Part shown: positions 7,418 to 12,899 of the stretch, piece by piece
Layout: each line of letters begins with the position of its first letter
Numbering within the stretch: the first letter of the stretch is position 1
From: PVC group bacterium
GTDB lineage: Bacteria > Auribacterota > Erginobacteria > Erginobacterales > Erginobacteraceae
Length of the DNA: 12,899 nt
Direction: 5' to 3'
Assembly: GCA_043804695.1 (NCBI GenBank)
Contig: JAZDIV010000020.1
Span: forward strand, 1 to 12,899
Made by a program: the position numbers and the translations under genes
Notes under the pieces: generated by a model
Seen by the model: only the letters and a program-made list of their open reading frames with translations
Told to the model about the DNA's origin: nothing
Database searches by the model: none

Positions 7418-7653
7418 AAAAATTTTAAATCCTAATATCTAAATCCTAAATAAATACAAAATTCAAAATCCAAATACACAAAAAGACTATCCCCTGGGCA
7501 GTGTAAGGGAAACAGCGCTGCCTATAACATCTGAGAAGGCTCTTCTTGCCTCCAATTCGTTTCGAAGAATCCGCCTGGATGTGCTGCCGGGGGAGGTTTT
7601 GGTCATTTGGATTTGAATATTGTTTAGGATTTAGATATTAGGATTTAGGATTT
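7418..7653. repeat. AT-rich heptamer-periodic long inverted repeat (AAATCCT units) enclosing a ~110-nt spacer
   Basis: TAAATCCTAATATCTAAATCCTAAA (7426-7450) is the perfect 25-nt reverse complement of 7623-7647. ATTCAAAATCCAAAT (7461-7475) pairs with ATTTGGATTTGAAT (7605-7618) with one bulge. Confidence 0.9.
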
Positions 7654-7685
7654 GTTTCTTGATCAGTCTCGATATCGGAACATGA

Positions 7686-7695
7686 GATTATAATC
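7686..7695 (+). promoter_or_regulatory. Possible sigma70 -10 box upstream of mutS
   Basis: TATAAT at 7689-7694 inside the palindrome GATTATAATC, 24 nt before the mutS ATG. No convincing -35 at canonical spacing. Confidence 0.3.
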
Positions 7696-7718
7696 CGGAA
7701 GAATATATTATCTGGCTG

Positions 7719-10325
7719 ATGAGTAAACTCACCCCCATGATGAAGCAGTACCGGGCGCTGAAGGCGTCCGTCAAGGACGCGGTCCTTCTCTTCCGGCTGG
7801 GCGATTTTTACGAGATGTTCGGAGAGGACGCGAAGATCGCGGCCCCCATCCTGGAGATCGCCCTCACCGCCCGCCACACCACCCCCATGTGCGGGATACC
7901 CCATCACGCCGCCTCCGGCTACATCGCCCGCCTCCTCAAGGCGGGCAGGAAAGTCGCCGTCTGCGAGCAGGTGGAGGATCCCCGGCAGGCGCAGGGGATC
8001 GTCAAGCGCGACATCATCCGGATCATCACCCCGGGAACGGCGGTCGAGGAGGAGCTCCTGACCGCCGCCCCCAACTACCTGGCCTCGGTCCACCGGCTGG
8101 GTCAGGTCTACGGGTTCGCCTACATCGAACTCTCGACCGGCGAGTTCAAGGTCGCCGAACTCACCTCCCCAGACTCCCTCCAGAACGAGCTGGAACGGCT
8201 CCGGCCCAGCGAATGCCTGGCGCCCGCGTCGCTGGCGCCGGAACTGAAAACGCTGACGTCTCTTCTGCCGGGGACGGTCCTCACCTCCCTCGAGGACTGG
8301 TTCTTCGATTACGACCTGGGCGCCGGGGCGCTGAAGAGGCAGTTCCGGACCGCCACCCTGGACGGATTCGGCTGCCAGCACCTGGTCCCGGGGATCGGAG
8401 CGGCCGGGGCGATCCTCGGCTACGTGGGCGAGAATCTCAAATCGCCCCTTTCCCATATCCAGTCCCTCTCCGTCTTCTCACCGACCGAGTTCATGATCAT
8501 GGACGCCGTCTCCCAGAGCAACCTTGAAATCATCGAGCCGCTCCGGGGGAGCGACCGCGCCGCCACCCTTTTCGGGGTCCTCGACCGGACGGCGACCTCG
8601 ATGGGGAGCCGGACCCTGCGTTCCTGGCTGCTCCAGCCCCTGCTTGATCCGGCGGAGATCGGGAAAAGACTGGACGGCCTCGAGGAGCTGACGGGGCGCC
8701 GGGACGCCCTCGCGGATATCCGGGAGCATCTGAAAGGGATCCGGGATATCGGAAGGATCATCGGGAGGGTCTCCTGCGGCCGGACCAACGCCCGGGAGCT
8801 GGCCGCCCTCCGGGAATCTCTTTCCTCCCTTCCCCCCCTCCGGGAGGAGCTGAAGGGGCTGGCGTCGGCCGCCCTCCGGGGACCGGCGGAAGATCTCGGC
8901 GTCCCCCCGGCGCTGATCCTTCTGCTGGAAAACGCCCTGGCCGATAATCCGCCTCTCGCCCTCAAGGAGGGGGGGATGATCAGAAGCGGCTACCGAGCCG
9001 ATCTCGATGAGCTGCACGCGCTGGCCCGGGACGGGAGGAACTGGATCAGCCGCTTCCAGGAAGAGGAGATCCGCCGGACCGGGATCAAGTCGCTGAAGGT
9101 CAGGCACAACCGGGTCTTCGGCTATTACATTGAGGTCACCCGCCCCAATCTGCCCCAGGTCCCGGACAACTATCTGCCCAAGCAGACCCTGGTCAACGCG
9201 GAACGGTTCATCACCGAGGAGCTGAAGAGCTACGAGAACAAGGTCCTGGGCGCCCAGGAGAAGGCGGCGGCCCTCGAGTACCGGATCTTCGAGGAGATCC
9301 GGGAGGAGGTGAAAAAAGAAGCCCCGGCGATCCAGCGGGCGGCCCGGGCGGTGGGGGCGGTCGACGCTCTGGCCGCCCTGGCGGAGGCGGCCGTCGCCAA
9401 CCGGTATGTCCGGCCGAAGATCGAGTCTTCCGACCGCCTCGAGATCGTCAACGGGCGCCACCCGGTGATCGAGAGGATACTGGTGGACGAGCGGTTTGTC
9501 GGGAACGACACCCTGATGGACGGGGGCGAGAACCAGATCGCCGTCATCACCGGCCCCAACATGGCGGGCAAGTCCACCTATATCCGGCAGGTCGCCCTGA
9601 TCGTGCTCATGGCCCAGGTGGGGAGCTTCGTCCCCGCCGACTCGGCCCGGATCGGGGTGGCGGACCGGATCTTCACCCGGGTGGGCGCGTCCGACGAACT
9701 GGCCCGGGGACAGTCCACGTTCATGGTGGAGATGATCGAGACGGCCAACATCCTCCACCACGCGACCCCCCGCTCCCTGGTCATCCTGGATGAGATCGGC
9801 CGGGGGACGAGCACCTTCGACGGCATCAGCATCGCCTGGGCGGTGGCCGAGTATCTTCATAATCACCCCTCCTCCAGAGCGCGGACCCTCTTCGCGACTC
9901 ATTACCATGAGCTGACCGAGTTGGAGCTGACCCTTCCCGGGGTGAAAAACTACAACGTGGCGGTCCGGGAGTGGAACGATGAGGTGATATTCCTGAGGAA
10001 GGTGCTCCGCGGCGGGACCGACAAGAGCTACGGGATCCAGGTGGCCCGCCTGGCCGGTCTCCCCCGCGCCGTCATTGAACGGGCCAGCGTGATCCTGGCC
10101 AATCTGGAGGATGAGACCCTCTCCGCCGACGGACGGCCGAAGTTCGCCGGCGGATCCGGGGCCGGGGGAACCGGCTCCGCCGGCTCCGGCCGCCAGCTCT
10201 ATCTTTTCGAGGCATCGGCCCACCCGGTTCTGACCGAGCTGAGAAACATCAACCTCGACCACCTGACCCCGTTCGAGGCCATGCAGCGGCTGCGGGCGAT
10301 GAAGGACCGGGTCCTGGAAGACTGA
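7719..10325 (+). CDS. mutS: DNA mismatch repair protein MutS (MutS1)
   Basis: 868 aa. TPMMKQY, mismatch-binding GDFYEMF, Walker A GPNMAGKST, STFMVEM, Walker B DEIGRGTST, FATHYHEL, SYGIQVA, clamp motif QLYLF and C-terminal TP.EA. Confidence 0.98.
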   Translation: MSKLTPMMKQYRALKASVKDAVLLFRLGDFYEMFGEDAKIAAPILEIALTARHTTPMCGIPHHAASGYIARLLKAGRKVAVCEQVEDPRQAQGIVKRDIIRIITPGTAVEEELLTAAPNYLASVHRLGQVYGFAYIELSTGEFKVAELTSPDSLQNELERLRPSECLAPASLAPELKTLTSLLPGTVLTSLEDWFFDYDLGAGALKRQFRTATLDGFGCQHLVPGIGAAGAILGYVGENLKSPLSHIQSLSVFSPTEFMIMDAVSQSNLEIIEPLRGSDRAATLFGVLDRTATSMGSRTLRSWLLQPLLDPAEIGKRLDGLEELTGRRDALADIREHLKGIRDIGRIIGRVSCGRTNARELAALRESLSSLPPLREELKGLASAALRGPAEDLGVPPALILLLENALADNPPLALKEGGMIRSGYRADLDELHALARDGRNWISRFQEEEIRRTGIKSLKVRHNRVFGYYIEVTRPNLPQVPDNYLPKQTLVNAERFITEELKSYENKVLGAQEKAAALEYRIFEEIREEVKKEAPAIQRAARAVGAVDALAALAEAAVANRYVRPKIESSDRLEIVNGRHPVIERILVDERFVGNDTLMDGGENQIAVITGPNMAGKSTYIRQVALIVLMAQVGSFVPADSARIGVADRIFTRVGASDELARGQSTFMVEMIETANILHHATPRSLVILDEIGRGTSTFDGISIAWAVAEYLHNHPSSRARTLFATHYHELTELELTLPGVKNYNVAVREWNDEVIFLRKVLRGGTDKSYGIQVARLAGLPRAVIERASVILANLEDETLSADGRPKFAGGSGAGGTGSAGSGRQLYLFEASAHPVLTELRNINLDHLTPFEAMQRLRAMKDRVLED

Positions 10326-10377
10326 GCGCAGAGCGCAAAGAGCATAGCGCATAGCGTTGCACCCCGGGCGCTATGCT
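10324..10377. repeat. Heptamer-periodic inverted-repeat element (TAGCGCA/GAGCGCA units)
   Basis: GAGCGCA GAGCGCA AAGAGCA TAGCGCA TAGCGTT (10324-10358), overlapping the mutS TGA. AGCATAGCGC (10341-10350) is the perfect reverse complement of GCGCTATGCT (10368-10377). Confidence 0.85.
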
Positions 10378-10384
10378 TTTATTT
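10349..10384 (+). terminator. Possible intrinsic terminator after mutS, formed by the heptamer repeat
   Basis: Stem GCATAGCG (10349-10356) / CGCTATGC (10369-10376) followed by TTTTATTT. The 12-nt loop is longer than typical. Confidence 0.45.
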
Positions 10385-10406
10385 AAATGTTATCATCGAT
10401 ACAATA

Positions 10407-10415
10407 TGGTATTAT
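10407..10415 (+). promoter_or_regulatory. Possible extended -10 promoter for the NIL/kinase genes
   Basis: TGgTATTAT within a very AT-rich tract (10377-10458) in an otherwise GC-rich window. Confidence 0.35.
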
Positions 10416-10456
10416 TATTAAATAAAGGCGCTAAATTACTGCTTCGGAATTTTAAA

Positions 10457-10576
10457 AACGGTAACGGCAAGGGTAACAATGCCCGTATCGGTGAGGGTAA
10501 CGGTAACGGCTACCTCGCTGGCAGCACGTAACCGTAACCGGCAGACGAAACGGGCCTCGTTACCGTAACCCTAACC
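10457..10576. repeat. Hexamer-periodic inverted-repeat element (AACGGT / CGTAAC-CGTTAC units)
   Basis: Left: AACGGT AACGGC AAGGGT AAC ... GCCCGT ATCGGT GAGGGT AACGGT AACGGC. Right: CGTAAC CGTAAC CG ... ACGGGC ctCGTTAC CGTAAC CCTAAC C. GCCCGT (10481-10486) pairs with ACGGGC (10550-10555). Confidence 0.8.
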
Positions 10577-10603
10577 AAGTTGTTTAGTGTTTAGGAGACT
10601 CAC

Positions 10604-10825
10604 ATGCGCATCATGGCGGAACTGACCATGCCCAAAGATTGCAAGGATGAGCCCGTCTTTTATCAGATGGTCAAGCGGTTTGAAGTCGTCCCCACGATCA
10701 TCGAGGCTTCGTTCTCCACCGGCACCGGCTGGGCATATATCAAGCTGGAGGGGGAGGAGGAGGAGATCGACCGGCTGCTGGTCTTTCTGAGGTCGAAGAA
10801 CGTCATCGTCGATGTCCGGTCATAA
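10604..10825 (+). CDS. Stand-alone NIL-domain (ACT-like) protein
   Basis: 73 aa with SD AGGAG at 10593-10597. Pattern L..P.....EPV.Y..VK.F.V..TII.A......G....L.GE.EEI.....FL....V.V resembles the NIL domain of MetN C-termini and NIL-ferredoxins. Confidence 0.75.
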   Translation: MRIMAELTMPKDCKDEPVFYQMVKRFEVVPTIIEASFSTGTGWAYIKLEGEEEEIDRLLVFLRSKNVIVDVRS

Positions 10826-10901
10826 CCCGGGTTGCTGAGTGCGGCATATCCGGCGGCAATGAATAACCGGAAGCATTCGCGGACAGTGTTCATTTTCGTG
10901 A

Positions 10902-12689
10902 ATGCTCCTGGGTAACTTCGCCCGTGCGATGATTTCGAAGATCCATCAAATTTTTTTATCCCCCCGGCGACTGGGGCGCCTGGTTCTGGAGAACGTGCTG
11001 GTGGGAACCCTGATGGGGGCGATGGTCGGCCTCGCGCTTCGCGGATATCTCAGGCACCTCGCCAGCCTGAACCTGGATTGGGCGATGTTTCTTCTTCTGG
11101 GTCTGATCATCGGCCTGCTTAGCGGTTTTGCCCGGGAAAATCATCAGAAGTCCATGATGTACGGGGAGAAACTGGCCGCGTCGCTGCGCCGGGAAAGCCG
11201 GCTGATCAGCACCGAAGAGCGGTATAAGAACCTTCTCGACCAGGCGAATGATATCATCTTCCTGCTGGACAAGAGGAGCCGTTTCATCGAGATGAACGGA
11301 AAGTTCGAGGAGATCCTGGGATATAAACGGGACAAATGGGTCGGCCGCTTGATGTATGAACTGATCCCCGGCAATGACCGGGAGAAGGCGATCAAATACA
11401 GCTGGGAGACCCTGAAAGGGGGGTCCCCGCGCTTCGACCTGGTCGCGCTCCGCGCCGACGGCCGGGTGATCAATCTCGCTCTGGCCAACTCACCGGTCCG
11501 CAACGTCGAGGGGGAGATCACCGGGATCATGGGCATCGCCCGCGATATCTCCGAGAGCAAGAAGATCGAAGAACTGCAGAACAAGTTCATCTCCCATGTT
11601 TCCCACGAGCTGAGAACCCCCCTGACCGCGATGCGGGAGTACATCGCCTTGCTGATCGACGGGATCCCCGGCCGGCTCAATGAAGAGCAGGAAGAGTATT
11701 GCACCCGGGTGAGTTCCAACATCGACCGGCTGACCCGGATCATCGAAAACCTGCTCCTGATTTCCAGCGTCGACGAGGGCAGGATCACCCTGGAAAAGAC
11801 GCTGGTCGATCTCCCGGAATTGATCACGCATGTCCGCGACATCCTGAAGATCACGGCCGAAAGGAAGAAAATCCGGCTGCAGACGGTCACCGATGACGCG
11901 CTCCCCCGGATCTACGCCGACCCGGACCGGATCATCCAGGCCCTGACCAACCTGGTGAGCAACGCGATCAAGTTCACGCCGGAAAAGGGGGAGATCACGA
12001 TGGGCGCCCGCGACAGCGGGGAAAACGTGCTCCTCTGGGTCGAGGATAACGGGGTCGGCATCGATCCCCGGGATCAGGAACGGATCTTCGACCGCTTTCA
12101 GCAGATCCGCCGTCTCCACGCCTTCGGAGAGCAGGGGACCGGTCTCGGTCTGGCGATCTCCCGGGAGATCGTGGGGCTCCATCGCGGGGAGATCTGGGTT
12201 GAAAGCAAGCCGGGCGCGGGCAGCAAGTTCATCATCTCGCTCCCCAAGGCGATGGCTCCCCTGGTGTTGCTGGTGGATGACGATCCCGACCTGCTGGAGA
12301 TGTACAAGGATTTCCTGGAGCCGCTTCATTACCGCTTTGCCATTGCCGGCAACGGTGAGGAAGCGCTGGACAAAGCTTTCGCGGAAAACCCCGATCTCAT
12401 CATTCTGGACATCGTCATGCCCAAGATGAACGGCTACGAGGTGCTGGGGAGACTGAAGCAGAACATGCTGACCTGCAATATCCCGGTCATCATTCTCACC
12501 GGCTACAGCCTGGAACAGGAACGGATGGACAAGCTGGGGAAAGGCCTGCTGCCGACCCTGCGCAAGCCGGTCAGCATGAATGAGTTCGTGGCGGCGGTAG
12601 CCGGGGTGCTCGAGAAAGACCAGGCGGCCGGGCTTTTCCAGATATCCGGGGTTCCCGTTCCGGCGCCGTCCGCGAAGATGAGAACATAG
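10902..12689 (+). CDS. Hybrid sensor histidine kinase/response regulator (2 TM - PAS - HisKA - HATPase_c - REC)
   Basis: Two N-terminal hydrophobic helices; PAS (DIIFLLD...N...LGY...GIARDISE); H-box SHELRTPL; N-box NLVSNAIKFT; G1 DNGVGI; G2 GTGLGLAI; receiver VLLVDDD...LIILDIVMPKMNG...IILTG...KP. Start could be ATG 10929. Confidence 0.93.
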   Translation: MLLGNFARAMISKIHQIFLSPRRLGRLVLENVLVGTLMGAMVGLALRGYLRHLASLNLDWAMFLLLGLIIGLLSGFARENHQKSMMYGEKLAASLRRESRLISTEERYKNLLDQANDIIFLLDKRSRFIEMNGKFEEILGYKRDKWVGRLMYELIPGNDREKAIKYSWETLKGGSPRFDLVALRADGRVINLALANSPVRNVEGEITGIMGIARDISESKKIEELQNKFISHVSHELRTPLTAMREYIALLIDGIPGRLNEEQEEYCTRVSSNIDRLTRIIENLLLISSVDEGRITLEKTLVDLPELITHVRDILKITAERKKIRLQTVTDDALPRIYADPDRIIQALTNLVSNAIKFTPEKGEITMGARDSGENVLLWVEDNGVGIDPRDQERIFDRFQQIRRLHAFGEQGTGLGLAISREIVGLHRGEIWVESKPGAGSKFIISLPKAMAPLVLLVDDDPDLLEMYKDFLEPLHYRFAIAGNGEEALDKAFAENPDLIILDIVMPKMNGYEVLGRLKQNMLTCNIPVIILTGYSLEQERMDKLGKGLLPTLRKPVSMNEFVAAVAGVLEKDQAAGLFQISGVPVPAPSAKMRT

Positions 12690-12708
12690 CGCCTTCGGCG
12701 CTAACTTC

Positions 12709-12751
12709 GTAGCGGCGACCTTCAGGTCGCCACTATTTGGCGATCTAAAGA
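12709..12751. repeat. GTAG-type REP with a truncated inverted partner
   Basis: GTAG-C-GGCGACC-ttca-GGTCGCC (12709-12731), then GGCGATCTAAAGA (12739-12751), which resembles the first half of the inverted partner GGCGACCTGAAGG. Confidence 0.6.
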
Positions 12752-12787
12752 GGCTGTCCGATAATTCAGATTTTAGGCATTTTAGAG

Positions 12788-12891
12788 GTCATTGCGAGGA
12801 GCGCAGCGACGAAGCAATCTCATCATTTTGGATAAGAGGTGGTTATGAATGAAAAAATAGATTGCTTCGCCCCTTTGGGGCTCGCAATGAC
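12788..12891. repeat. Complete palindromic cruciform repeat (GTCATTGCGAG...CTCGCAATGAC)
   Basis: Perfect outer 11-bp IR GTCATTGCGAG (12788-12798)/CTCGCAATGAC (12881-12891); perfect inner 11-bp IR CGAAGCAATCT (12810-12820)/AGATTGCTTCG (12859-12869); side hairpin GCCCC-ttt-GGGGC (12869-12881). Confidence 0.88.
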
Positions 12892-12899
12892 ATTTTAGG

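Noticed and set aside
7485..7596. Small ORF or known riboswitch in the core of the long inverted repeat
   Set aside because: No credible start/RBS with an ORF of meaningful length, and no riboswitch consensus I can recognise. Kept only as a structured-core observation.
10827..10895. Two weak hairpins between the NIL gene and the kinase (CCGGGTTGC/GCATATCCGG; AATGAATA/TGTTCATT)
   Set aside because: Imperfect short stems compatible with chance, with no recognisable riboswitch or terminator consensus.
12788..12891. tRNA-like cloverleaf
   Set aside because: It is multi-stem but lacks T-loop GTTCRA and D-loop consensus, the stems are 11 bp, and there is no CCA end. It fits a palindromic repeat better.

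Overview
GC-rich bacterial chromosomal segment with nine co-oriented (+ strand) genes: folC, nagA, a CsgG/HfaB-like exported protein, a 76-aa single-pass membrane protein, miaB, a TMTC/GT-C-like polytopic membrane protein with C-terminal TPRs, mutS, a stand-alone NIL-domain protein and a membrane-anchored PAS hybrid histidine kinase. The genes are ordinary. The unusual signal is intergenic: almost every spacer holds a different self-complementary element. There are two copies of a GTCATTGCGAG...CTCGCAATGAC cruciform palindrome, two GTAG-type REP/REPIN elements, and five periodic-arm hairpins whose inverted arms are degenerate 6-, 7- or 8-nt tandem units with a different unit sequence each time. 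Several start at or overlap a stop codon, and some appear nested in one another. No transposase, RAYT, CRISPR array, tRNA or rRNA is visible in the window.
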